Shown here piece after piece: positions 28,240 to 37,371 of a stretch of DNA of 64,000 bases. The notes beneath the pieces are model-generated. The model had not been told where the DNA came from, did no database searches, and saw nothing but the letters and a program-made list of their open reading frames with translations. The DNA is from a virus, in IMG/VR virus record IMGVR_UViG_3300029922_000029, positions 44,700-108,699 of that record, one strand, 5' to 3'. The translations under genes and the position numbers were made by a program. Every line of letters begins with the position of its first letter. Within the stretch, counting starts at the first letter, position 1.

Positions 28240-28929
28240 CTAACGCTTGGAGCTGATGACGGCACCTGGGCCGGTATGCCTTGGCGCCCGGATCGTGAAG
28301 GCAGCGCTGTTGTCGAGGCTATGCGGCACCTCGCCAGGAATCGGGCTGAGTTCGTTGTTCGTGTCGACACGGCTCGTGTCCACCTTCGCGGCGCTCTCAG
28401 AGACTCGCACGCGGTCATGAACGTGGTGGGGCGCGATCGCGGGCCGGCGCGCCGGCTGACCGGGACGCTCGGGCATATGGGCGCCTTCGGCTTCGCCTGG
28501 GCCTGGAGGACGGCCCGGGCGATCCATGCCGAGAGCGGCGCCTGGCACGCTCTGAAGTGGCGGGAGGGTGGCGTCGACGGCGAGGTTGAGATCGGGTTCG
28601 TCCTCTTCAAAGGGATCGTCGTTGGTGGCTCGGGTCTCTTTCTCTTTCAGGCCGGCGTCGGCTCCCCGCATCTCACGAAGTGGGCTTAGTTGGCCTGGGG
28701 TCAGCATCTGAGCTGCGGGCGCGCCGATGTCAACGCCGCTGTCAGCATTGATCACACGGCACAGCCCCTGGTCCCGCCACTCGAGAACGTGCTCAGGAAT
28801 CTCAGTACCCACTTCACCTTGCCAGTACCGATCGGCAGGGATCAGGGCATCTTTGAAGCGCTCTCCCATGCTGAGGAATTGACCGCCATGGGACTTGCTG
28901 CGACTGATATTGATCACTCGGATACGCAT
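28240..28929 (-). CDS. Hypothetical protein, low-complexity C-terminus
   Basis: AGGAGG SD before ATG 28929. Confidence 0.6.
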   Translation of the reverse strand: MRIRVINISRSKSHGGQFLSMGERFKDALIPADRYWQGEVGTEIPEHVLEWRDQGLCRVINADSGVDIGAPAAQMLTPGQLSPLREMRGADAGLKEKETRATNDDPFEEDEPDLNLAVDATLPPLQSVPGAALGMDRPGRPPGPGEAEGAHMPERPGQPARRPAIAPHHVHDRVRVSESAAKVDTSRVDTNNELSPIPGEVPHSLDNSAAFTIRAPRHTGPGAVISSKR

Positions 28930-29033
28930 AATTTGTGCCTCCTGGGCTAGGAACAACTTACCTAACTGCGATGGGGTTGGCAAGGGCAAGATGAATAAGA
29001 ATTCGGGTATAAGTTCAATAGGAGAAACTTTAT

Positions 29034-29327
29034 ATGCCCACCGCTAGAGTGCTTGAGTTTACAGATGCTGTTGCGATGAACAAATCAAACCCACAAACTT
29101 TTGAGGTCCCGACAGACCAGGAAATCGATCAGCTGAATGTTGGAGATAATATAAAAGTGAGCCTCGGAAAAGAACGTTTCTGGATTCTTATAACTAAAAA
29201 GAAACGCGATAAAAATTTTGTTGGTATCGTCGATAACGATGTCCTTCAGCCGGGATTGAAGTGTGGAGATGTTGTTACTGTGGAAAGACGCCACATCTAC
29301 AATTTCCAAATCAACAAAAAGAAATAA
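29034..29327 (+). CDS. DUF2314-like small protein (antisense island)
   Basis: 'GD.IKV...ERFW.......F.G.VDND'; own GGTATAAG motif and AGGAG SD. Confidence 0.65.
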   Translation: MPTARVLEFTDAVAMNKSNPQTFEVPTDQEIDQLNVGDNIKVSLGKERFWILITKKKRDKNFVGIVDNDVLQPGLKCGDVVTVERRHIYNFQINKKK

Positions 29328-29362
29328 AAAAACCCGCTTGGGAATCCCAAGCGGGTTTTAAA
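29326..29362. terminator. Bidirectional terminator downstream of major capsid gene
   Basis: AAAACCCGCTTGGG-AAT-CCCAAGCGGGTTTT perfect stem with flanking A/T runs. Confidence 0.85.
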
Positions 29363-29384
29363 TTTTAACTCAGGCGGACTAGTC

Positions 29385-30305
29385 TTAGAAGCTACCACCA
29401 CCCGGTATGGTCTGGGGAACCGCGAGCCGCAGCTTAGCCACGGAACGCAAATTGGCGATCCCCATACCAACGTATTCCCACGACTTCCAGAAGACCTTGT
29501 CGGCTTCTTTCTTGATCCAGAACTTGACGTCATTCAGGATGAAGAAGTTGCCCAAGAACTGTGGATCCGTGAAGGCGAAGATGTCACCGGGAGGCAAAAG
29601 ATCAGTCTTATTGGTGACTAACAAACGCCTCTTCATTATCTTGTCGGACGTCCACCCGTTGACGGTCATGTCAGACGCAAGGGGAGAGCCGACATCGGTT
29701 GCCTGCTGAGTCGTCCAGTCCGAGAAGTCCACGTTGGTCATGAGCAAGAGAGCCGACTGAAGAAGATCGCCGTCGATCATCTTGAACAGGCTGTTGAGCT
29801 GCGCGCGATTGACGATCGTGCCGGGAGAGTTGATGAACTTGCCCGAGTTGAACACGGCACCGTTGGCGGCAGCGAGACCAGTCGTGTCTTCGACACGCAT
29901 GATGTCTTTGATGCCGTTTTCTTCGATCACTTTCGTGATCTGGTACTCGTACGCCATCAACTCAGCTTCTTGCTTGCTGAAGAGATCGGTTTCGACCTTG
30001 AAGAACGGAACCGCGTAGCGAGTGCCTTGCAGGTAACGTTCGCGGCCGGCAGAACGGAAATTGACTGCCGCAGCCGTCGAGGGATGCTCGAAGTCCACGA
30101 TCTTCACCATCGTGTCGTGCTTGGTGGAGCGAGTCAGATCCGTCCGGACGACGGTTTCGGTGGGGAGCACTTTGCGGAAGAAAGAGTTCTCACGCAAGTA
30201 GCTCCGGATAAAGGCCTGGCCCACCATCGCGGTCTTCTGCTGACCATCTTGGGTGTCCATGCGCTCGACGAACAGGTTGTTAAAACTTACGGCTTCTTCG
30301 TTCAC
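29385..30305 (-). CDS. Major capsid protein (HK97 fold, probable)
   Basis: 306 aa; GAGGAGG SD; follows protease-scaffold-decoration genes; 'LRENSFFRKVLP' N-terminal and 'EYVGMGIAN' C-terminal patterns; strong terminator after. Confidence 0.75.
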   Translation of the reverse strand: MNEEAVSFNNLFVERMDTQDGQQKTAMVGQAFIRSYLRENSFFRKVLPTETVVRTDLTRSTKHDTMVKIVDFEHPSTAAAVNFRSAGRERYLQGTRYAVPFFKVETDLFSKQEAELMAYEYQITKVIEENGIKDIMRVEDTTGLAAANGAVFNSGKFINSPGTIVNRAQLNSLFKMIDGDLLQSALLLMTNVDFSDWTTQQATDVGSPLASDMTVNGWTSDKIMKRRLLVTNKTDLLPPGDIFAFTDPQFLGNFFILNDVKFWIKKEADKVFWKSWEYVGMGIANLRSVAKLRLAVPQTIPGGGSF

Positions 30306-30500
30306 GGTGTAGCCTCCTCATGTTTGGTGTAGAATTGGCTAGATTCGAGTGAGCTTCAGTTAAAATGGGCCGGGGAGAAAAACTCACTCAGATCCCCGGC
30401 CCGTACTTTCGGTTCTTCATCTTTAGAGATAAAGTCCGTACTTCATTTTCAGTCAGAGGTCTGGTCAGTCATCAACGAGGGCCGACCAGACCGAAATCAA

Positions 30501-30980
30501 TTACCGATTCAGAACTTCGACGGTATAGACGTTGCCGATACCGAGGATCACGTTCATGTCGTAAACGCGAGCCACGACGGCATCACTTCCGCCGGCGGCA
30601 GAGGGGATCTGCTCACCGCCACCGAGGTTCTTCACGCAGAGGTTCTGGCCGAGCGTGTAGGACGCCGCAACCAGCTTCGTGGTGTTGTACATGAACCCGC
30701 CGCCCTCGATCACGGAGATGTTGCCCGTGGCGAGAGAGTCGTATTCGTTGTTACCCACGACGACGGGGTAAACGTTGGCCGGCGCATTGCCGGTTGGGGG
30801 AGGAGCGAAGCCGGAAGCAGTCTTCCAGGCCCAGTCACCAGGAGCGAAATTCCCGGAGGCCAGAGGAGCGTCAACGTAATTGACGTGCTCGAGACCCTTG
30901 ATGATGTCGAAGTAGTATTCGCTTGCGGGATTCCGCAAGTCGACGGTGATCGGTGCAACAAGTTCTTGTGGGAGAGTCAT
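30501..30980 (-). CDS. Probable capsid decoration/cement protein
   Basis: 159-aa Gly-rich beta protein directly upstream of MCP. Confidence 0.55.
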   Translation of the reverse strand: MTLPQELVAPITVDLRNPASEYYFDIIKGLEHVNYVDAPLASGNFAPGDWAWKTASGFAPPPTGNAPANVYPVVVGNNEYDSLATGNISVIEGGGFMYNTTKLVAASYTLGQNLCVKNLGGGEQIPSAAGGSDAVVARVYDMNVILGIGNVYTVEVLNR

Positions 30981-31135
30981 TTTCTTTTTCCTTATTGAGA
31001 GAACCTAAAAAAAACAGGTTCTTGACTGTTTCCGGGCTTCGGAATTTTGTCCCTTACACCACTATTCTACAGTATTCGTGTACCGTGCGATAGCCTGTAA
31101 CGCGCCGAGCTCGTATTTTTTTAAGGTCTCACTGT

Positions 31136-31519
31136 TTAACGAGTGTCGACCTCACCATACAGTACCCAGCGCTCCATCTGGTTCAGCTTGCGGCCAGAAG
31201 AGTTGGAATCAGAATCATCCAGAGTGCCTGAATTGATGCCGACCGAACTTCCTCCGCCTCCCGCTGAATATCCGCGTTGGAGCGCTTTTTCTACTACCTG
31301 GAGGTCATCCTCTGTCATCAGAGACGCCACCTTGTTGAGAAACTCTTCATGGGTGCGAAAGGGCTCGGAAAAACCAAGCTCAATTTCGCGGAAAGCAACC
31401 TTCATCGCACGCTTCTCGAGGTCGTTATGAGCTGCGACCTTTTCGAGTTCCAGTCTGCGCGTATGCTCTTGTTTAAGAAGCTGGCCTGCTTTCTTGACCA
31501 GCTCGGGATCGTAACCCAT
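31136..31519 (-). CDS. Scaffold-like protein with KxA motifs
   Basis: Coiled coil; EKVAA, EKRAM, NKVAS; C-terminal hydrophobic helix. Confidence 0.55.
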   Translation of the reverse strand: MGYDPELVKKAGQLLKQEHTRRLELEKVAAHNDLEKRAMKVAFREIELGFSEPFRTHEEFLNKVASLMTEDDLQVVEKALQRGYSAGGGGSSVGINSGTLDDSDSNSSGRKLNQMERWVLYGEVDTR

Positions 31520-32020
31520 TTACTCTCCGATCGTACGAGATGCGGGTTGGCTGGGAGAAGCCATGCTGCGCTCGCCGCTCGGAATGGGTTTGCCATTCTT
31601 TCCGGCGTTGACGTCATCGCCCTTAGCAGAAGCCATGGCCGCACCGACTGCCACAAAATCAACGAGGCGTTTTTTTAAACGACCCGCAGCGACTTTCTCC
31701 AGGGCCTCATCGACATGGGCATTCATGTGGCCCTGTTCGTAAGCCGCTTCCTGGAACCTAAACATCCGATCGAGTTCATCGAGCTGCGTATCGGCATGGA
31801 TCTGATTCATCACGACCGCTATTTTCTCGAATTCGTCGAGGCCGGTAAGGGAATCGTTTCCGGCGCACTTCTCGATCTGGGAGACGACAGCGTTGACTTC
31901 GGAAGAAGAGGAAGGGGCCCCAGAGACAGCCGCAGGAACAACTGGAGAGGCGGTTTTAATCACTTTCTCCAAGTCATTTAGGCGGTCCGCGTCTGCGAGT
32001 AGGTCTTTGAGTGGTCTCAT
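31520..32020 (-). CDS. Head core protein with KxA motifs
   Basis: KTAS, EKCAG, EKIAV, EKVAA. Confidence 0.55.
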   Translation of the reverse strand: MRPLKDLLADADRLNDLEKVIKTASPVVPAAVSGAPSSSSEVNAVVSQIEKCAGNDSLTGLDEFEKIAVVMNQIHADTQLDELDRMFRFQEAAYEQGHMNAHVDEALEKVAAGRLKKRLVDFVAVGAAMASAKGDDVNAGKNGKPIPSGERSMASPSQPASRTIGE

Positions 32021-32059
32021 AGATTCCTCAAGAGTGGTGTGTTCTGAGGCCCCGATTCC

Positions 32060-32953
32060 TTAATCTTCCTTGTGACCCATCAAGCGGTGAGCGAGAGCAG
32101 CACCGCCGGCACCCGCTGCGGCGCCAGTGCCCGCACCGTAGTAGGCTTTATGCTTGCCGACATGGCCGCGAGCCTTGTCGTAAGCGCCACCCAAGTGCTT
32201 CTTGAGTTTAGCCATGTGGCCCATCGCTGCGCCGGCTTTAGTCCCGCGTGCCGCGATCTTCTCGATGCCGTCACCGATCAGGTTCTCGACGGATTCCTGC
32301 ATCCGGACTTCGTCCGCGAGCTCGGCAACCGTGCACTCAGAGGCTTTCTTGTCGTGGCCGCTCTTGTGACGGAGAGCCATGTGAGCTCCGAGAGCTCCGA
32401 CACCGGCACCTGCGATCAAGGCCGCTTTGCCCTTGTGCTTCTTGCCGTACTTCATAGCTTCATGGCCATGACCCTTGGCGGCTTCGTAAGCCTTACCGAG
32501 GCGAGCCTTGGTCTTGTCAAGGAAGCCCTTGGCCTTCTTGATTTTCTTGGCGTCGGCAGTCTTAACTGCGTCTTCAGCCAGCTTTTCGATCTGGTTGATG
32601 TAGCCTTCCAGCATCGCGGCACCGCAGACCTGAGCGATCTTCTGGAGTTCGACGGGGTCCGAGTTTTCGACGACACCCGAAGCCGCCTGAGCTTCGTCCA
32701 TGGCCTTCAGAATTTCTTCTTCGGCACCATCGAATTCAGCCGAAGCTTCTTTCGAAAGGGGTTCTTCGTCATCGGCTTCCGCGAATTCGCGGTCCGCACA
32801 ATAAGCGCCGTACGCGTAGATGCTTTCGACCAGATCGTTGCCAGCAAGGCTGGCTTCAGCCTGCTTGACGAGCTCGGGGTCGAACTCCTTCGCCAGAAGC
32901 GCCTGGAGTTGTTCTTCGTTCATACCCTGCAAAGCCTGTTCAATCTCGTTCAT
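32060..32953 (-). CDS. Head core polyprotein-like protein: acidic segments alternating with basic glycine-zipper segments
   Basis: KQAE, KEAS, KIAQ, KLAE, KTAD, KKAS, KIAA; two KH-rich GAG repeats. Confidence 0.6.
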   Translation of the reverse strand: MNEIEQALQGMNEEQLQALLAKEFDPELVKQAEASLAGNDLVESIYAYGAYCADREFAEADDEEPLSKEASAEFDGAEEEILKAMDEAQAASGVVENSDPVELQKIAQVCGAAMLEGYINQIEKLAEDAVKTADAKKIKKAKGFLDKTKARLGKAYEAAKGHGHEAMKYGKKHKGKAALIAGAGVGALGAHMALRHKSGHDKKASECTVAELADEVRMQESVENLIGDGIEKIAARGTKAGAAMGHMAKLKKHLGGAYDKARGHVGKHKAYYGAGTGAAAGAGGAALAHRLMGHKED

Positions 32954-33017
32954 TTTTGAGTCTCCTGAGGTTTTTGTTTCCGGTCGTTGTGATCCGAAAC
33001 GAATGGGTTAAGGCCGA

Positions 33018-33746
33018 TTAGGTCTGGTGATAAGCTCCGACATCGCCAGCCTGCGCCTTGATCTTGCGCTTCAGCATTGCCTGAGCGGTGACTTCGGGAA
33101 TGTCCATGCGCTTGGCCGTGCTGCCGTTGGTTTCGACCTTGCCGCCACCGGTCGCCTTGTGGTTGACCGTGATGGCTGGATCTTGGCCGTTACCGACGAT
33201 CGCGGCGAGTTGGCCGCTGTTGGAGAGACCGGCCATGGGCTTCGAACCTTCTTCAGCGCCGCCAGCGGAGTCGCCTGCGATCTTGTCGAGGTAGCAGGTC
33301 TGGCCTGCGTTGAAGTAGTGAGCCACGCACTCGCCGAAGAGCTGAGCGGGGGTGGCGTCTTCGTCGTTGCCTTCGACAACACCGCCGACCACTTCGGTCA
33401 GGCTCGCGACTTTGGTCTGCCCACCGACCGCAGCGGTCAGGGAACCCGCAGCAGCGGGATCAGCAGCCGCGGCGCCAGCCGTCTTATCGAGACCTTCGGT
33501 TCCAAAAACTTCCTCGTACATCGAAGTGAAATCACTCATTGCGGATCCTCTTTCTTGGGTGGCGGCCGATGCAGTTTTCGTCTGCTCGGTGGCCTGGGTT
33601 GCGGGGGTTTGGGCGAGTCCCAGGCTCTCGATCACCTGGTCGACTTCACTTTTGCCACCAGCCGCGGGAGCAGCTGATGCAGTCTTGGTTTGCGATTTGT
33701 CATCCATTCCGAAATCAGACAGCATTTGTTCGAGAGTACGTGACAT
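33018..33746 (-). CDS. Low-complexity head core/scaffold protein with KxA motifs
   Basis: TKTASA x2, DKTAG, TKVAS, DKIAG. Confidence 0.6.
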   Translation of the reverse strand: MSRTLEQMLSDFGMDDKSQTKTASAAPAAGGKSEVDQVIESLGLAQTPATQATEQTKTASAATQERGSAMSDFTSMYEEVFGTEGLDKTAGAAAADPAAAGSLTAAVGGQTKVASLTEVVGGVVEGNDEDATPAQLFGECVAHYFNAGQTCYLDKIAGDSAGGAEEGSKPMAGLSNSGQLAAIVGNGQDPAITVNHKATGGGKVETNGSTAKRMDIPEVTAQAMLKRKIKAQAGDVGAYHQT

Positions 33747-33759
33747 GTGGGGTCTCCTT

Positions 33760-35643
33760 CTAAAGAGCCAATTGAGTCATTGCCTGCAGGAGCAAGAGCT
33801 CCTGCGCAGGTAGCCGGTTCGTCATAGGAAGTTGATTTGGATTGAGTTCGCCCGTGCCCATGACGGAAGCAGCCTTCTCGAGAAGGCTCGAGACTTCAGC
33901 TACATCGCTGGGTGTTTGTGTGAGGAGGCTTCTGGCGAGCAGAGAGACAGGAAGCCGGTCACCGAGCGTCTCAGGGGTCTGCCCGGGTTCAGAAAGATAA
34001 ATCAGTCCAGACACCCCTTCGAGGGGATGATGGCCTAACTTAGGGAACCAGGAGAGAGCTTCCAAATCGACGACGGAACCGGTTTTGATAACCGCAACGG
34101 GACGTGCTTGTAAATCTACAAAACGTCTCCGCCAGTCTTGAGTATACAAGTCTTGGCTGCCCCCCGCAAGGTCGTATTGCCCGCTGACTAAAGGCTTCGC
34201 ATTGGAAGACGCCAGGGTCTTGGCCGCAGCGGCGATGGGGAGGCCGGCGAGAAGCAAGGGAATGGGGTGATTCAAGAAGAGATCCCGGAGTTTCTCGGGG
34301 ACAAACATGGCAGCCAGAGCTACGAGTAAGCCCTGCTTGATGCCTTGCTCAAAGGTACCGGGCTGCTTCTTGTGCCTAGACTCTTCAGCAGCCCTCTTCA
34401 CCATCTTGGGATCCAGCTGCCGAAGCCTGATCATCAGGACGGGAGGGCTAAAAGAACGCTCGGGGATGAAAGGTGCGAGTGCGTCACAGCACTCCGGGCT
34501 GACGCGGTGAAGACCTTCAGCCTTCTTGCCCGTGAAGATCTCGCCGATCGTGCGCGCCTCGTCGGGGGTCGGCGCGATCGCAAGAGTCACGAGGGATGAA
34601 AGGAGCTCGGGGAGGCTGGAGCTCTTCGCAACGGATTCGAAGGTCTGGCGCGGGATAGGCTTCGCCGAGCGGTCGAGGGCCAGCTTGATGGCCGCACTCA
34701 GAGCCGTGACCTTTTTCGCCGCCTGGGCCGGGACTTCGGACAGTCCGGGGCGGGGAACCACAGAAACACCCGGGATCTGCTTCTTGATGAAGGCTTTCTT
34801 GGCGACAGCGGCCTGTTTGATGCCGCGTTTCATACCGTAGGCTTGCTCGAGTTCTGATGCCACCTTATCCAAGTAGACTGGATCGCCGACCGCTCCAGGC
34901 GGCAGCTCAGCAAGGTGAGCCGAGCCCAAGCGGGAAGGCGCGGCAGCACTCGCAATCTTCTCCCACATGTAAGCCGTCTTGTCGGCTGGGATCAGGACGC
35001 GGGAGATATCGAAGAATTTCGGATGGGGGTTCCGCGCAAAGACCGCCTTGCCAGTATCTGGATCGATCTGCCGCAAAAGGTACCTGAGGTGATCGCAATA
35101 CTCAGCGCGTGTCTTGGCTTTATTCAGGCAGATATTGCAGACGTCATAAGGCAGTTTTGCGCCCATCGAGGTCGTGATGGGTTCACCACGGTCGACCATC
35201 GCGGCGCCCTCGGGGTCGCGAGCTGGATCGATCCCGATGACGAGCTCCACGCGCTTGGCGTTCTCATTCCAAACAGCGAGGATCACCTTCCCTTTGGCTA
35301 GGGCTGGGTTTTGATTGACGTGATGGGTAAAGTAATTCGCGTTAGTCTTGAAGGTGTCGACCCCGTAATCGGGCCCGCGGTGGGAGAGTGGCTCTTCACC
35401 GAACCAATCCGCATTGATATTGTCACCCCAATATTCACCCGCTCCGAGTGCCGTGATGAGCGCCTGAACCAATCCCTCCATGGGCTTGGCCTGCTCGATA
35501 TACTTCTGGACTTGTGGGTGGTAGGCAAACTTGCGGTTCGCGCTGGCGGCCTGCTTGAGAAGGTAGCGACGATCCTCTGTAAGCAGGAACACGTCCCGCT
35601 CTTTACGGCTCAGGTTTTGAGGGTAGAGGAGGAGCTTATCCAT
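33760..35643 (-). CDS. Prohead maturation protease (assemblin/HK97-type) with long C-terminal extension
   Basis: 'FTHH', 'TSMG', Zn-knuckle CxxC...CxH, 'FFDISRV..PAD'; upstream of scaffold and MCP. Confidence 0.75.
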   Translation of the reverse strand: MDKLLLYPQNLSRKERDVFLLTEDRRYLLKQAASANRKFAYHPQVQKYIEQAKPMEGLVQALITALGAGEYWGDNINADWFGEEPLSHRGPDYGVDTFKTNANYFTHHVNQNPALAKGKVILAVWNENAKRVELVIGIDPARDPEGAAMVDRGEPITTSMGAKLPYDVCNICLNKAKTRAEYCDHLRYLLRQIDPDTGKAVFARNPHPKFFDISRVLIPADKTAYMWEKIASAAAPSRLGSAHLAELPPGAVGDPVYLDKVASELEQAYGMKRGIKQAAVAKKAFIKKQIPGVSVVPRPGLSEVPAQAAKKVTALSAAIKLALDRSAKPIPRQTFESVAKSSSLPELLSSLVTLAIAPTPDEARTIGEIFTGKKAEGLHRVSPECCDALAPFIPERSFSPPVLMIRLRQLDPKMVKRAAEESRHKKQPGTFEQGIKQGLLVALAAMFVPEKLRDLFLNHPIPLLLAGLPIAAAAKTLASSNAKPLVSGQYDLAGGSQDLYTQDWRRRFVDLQARPVAVIKTGSVVDLEALSWFPKLGHHPLEGVSGLIYLSEPGQTPETLGDRLPVSLLARSLLTQTPSDVAEVSSLLEKAASVMGTGELNPNQLPMTNRLPAQELLLLQAMTQLAL

Positions 35644-35911
35644 CTAAATCACTTACGTGGATTTTAAAGATCGGAGGTTCTCCGGGTAAAGGATACTCAA
35701 AACCCTCGAAAAGATACGTCTCTTTAATGAGTTTACCCCTGATGCCTAGCCGGCGTTTGATATCGATAAAAAACCGCACATCTTTAATATGTGTTCGAAT
35801 ATTAAAAGATTCTACTAAACCAATTGCTTCTTCTTCGATTTCTATAAAGGGCCTGGAGTAAGGGGATTTAGAAAACCTGCGAACAATCAAGCAATCCGTA
35901 TTTTTCCACAT
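35636..35911 (-). CDS. Hypothetical protein (AT-rich)
   Basis: 91 aa, tightly packed between neighbours. Confidence 0.5.
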   Translation of the reverse strand: MWKNTDCLIVRRFSKSPYSRPFIEIEEEAIGLVESFNIRTHIKDVRFFIDIKRRLGIRGKLIKETYLFEGFEYPLPGEPPIFKIHVSDLDG

Positions 35912-35914
35912 AGA

Positions 35915-37189
35915 TTAAGTCTTCTTCTCGGGCTCGCCCTGACCGCCCTTGCCCTGACCGCCCTTGCCCTTACCGCCAATACCCATAGGGAAGTGCAGCG
36001 TTTCCATCACGCCCTTCATTCCGCCCATGAACCCTTTATTGCCGCTGACCGAGCGGTCGACGGCCGAGTTGGCTTCCGCCAGTCCCTTGATGGTGTCGGG
36101 CGCGATCCGGCCGAACGCCTGGACTTGCTGCTCGAGGAAAGAACGGAGAACCGGAGGGCGCGCGGCGAGGGCTGGTGCGACCATGCAGATCGTATCGAAG
36201 GCTTCACGCGCGGCCTGAGGATCTTGCTTCAGGGTATCGTTCGTCCGCATCAACTGGCTGAATTGATTCTGTGCCTCATTTTTGAGGTGTGCGTCTTGCG
36301 AGCGATCGTACACAAGCTTCACGAGGCCTAATCCGCCCCCGAGTGCGAGAGCGGGAGCGATGTATGCGAGATGGTCAGCCAAACCCTTTGCGCCCTTCCC
36401 AAGCATATCCTTCATGCCGGAACCGAAACCACCCTTCGCCGCGGCCGTTTTCATCATGTGAACGCGATCGCTCACCATGCGGCCCAGGCAGGCTTCCGAG
36501 ACGTAGAGCGGGAACTCAACCGAGCTCTGCTTAGTCTGGTTCTTCGCTTGTGCCTTGCCTCTGGCATGAGCATAGAGTTCCTCAGGGCTCATGTTTCTGT
36601 AAACACTGGGATCAGAGATCTCGGAAACCAGCGTGGATTTCAAAAGTTTTCCGGCATCGGCGACTTCCTGATCAATAGATTGAAACTTTTTCTCAGTGCG
36701 CCTGAATGTTTCCATCCCGAAGATATTCAGGGATTTCTCGAGAGCACCCAGAATCGCCGCGCGGGCTCCGGCGCTTGCAGTTTGAGGGCGACCCGCCGTT
36801 CCCATCCGAGAGGCTTCGATCACGGAGAGCTTGTGGACATCATCGAGGCTGAAGCCGGTATCAAGCCGTTCGGTCAAGAGCTTGTGCGCCATCTGGGGGT
36901 TCTTCGCAACAGTCGGAGCCACCACGGAGAGCTCGCCAAAGAGAGCGGCGAATTTCTGGGGATCCTGCTTGAATTGCGGGTTCTTTCCAAAAGTGGCATG
37001 AAGACTGTCGGCCAGATCTTTCTTATGGTTCTCGGTAGCGCTGCGTCCGCTCATATAACCGTAGAGGCCCGCGGCACCCGCGATCCCGGTGACCCCGAGA
37101 AGTGGAAAGAGCATAGCCTTCATCTTTTTGGCGGTGGCCGGGGTCAGCATCGACTCGGCTTTTGCGGCTTCTTTTACGACTGTGCTCAT
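35915..37189 (-). CDS. Virion internal protein with duplicated TM+helical module
   Basis: Two copies of hydrophobic helix + 'L/FKQDPQ...F......AP.(V/L)A..P'; KEAA, KQSS, KTAA. Confidence 0.6.
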   Translation of the reverse strand: MSTVVKEAAKAESMLTPATAKKMKAMLFPLLGVTGIAGAAGLYGYMSGRSATENHKKDLADSLHATFGKNPQFKQDPQKFAALFGELSVVAPTVAKNPQMAHKLLTERLDTGFSLDDVHKLSVIEASRMGTAGRPQTASAGARAAILGALEKSLNIFGMETFRRTEKKFQSIDQEVADAGKLLKSTLVSEISDPSVYRNMSPEELYAHARGKAQAKNQTKQSSVEFPLYVSEACLGRMVSDRVHMMKTAAAKGGFGSGMKDMLGKGAKGLADHLAYIAPALALGGGLGLVKLVYDRSQDAHLKNEAQNQFSQLMRTNDTLKQDPQAAREAFDTICMVAPALAARPPVLRSFLEQQVQAFGRIAPDTIKGLAEANSAVDRSVSGNKGFMGGMKGVMETLHFPMGIGGKGKGGQGKGGQGEPEKKT

Positions 37190-37371
37190 GTTGGCCCCCG
37201 AGGCGTTTGCATGCTGGTCACACGCTTCATGTTCTGGCTAAACTGGTTGCTGGCGTCGGCGGCCGTCAGAACTGCGTTCAGCTTCCCACCGGCCAGATTG
37301 GTGATGGCTTTGGCTGCAGAGCCGATGATTCCGGCTGTCTTCTTGAGACCGTCACTGAACTTAGAGCCCAC
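37186..37371 (-). CDS. Leader-bearing small protein
   Basis: MGSKFSDGLKKTA. Confidence 0.7.
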   Translation of the reverse strand: MGSKFSDGLKKTAGIIGSAAKAITNLAGGKLNAVLTAADASNQFSQNMKRVTSMQTPRGPT

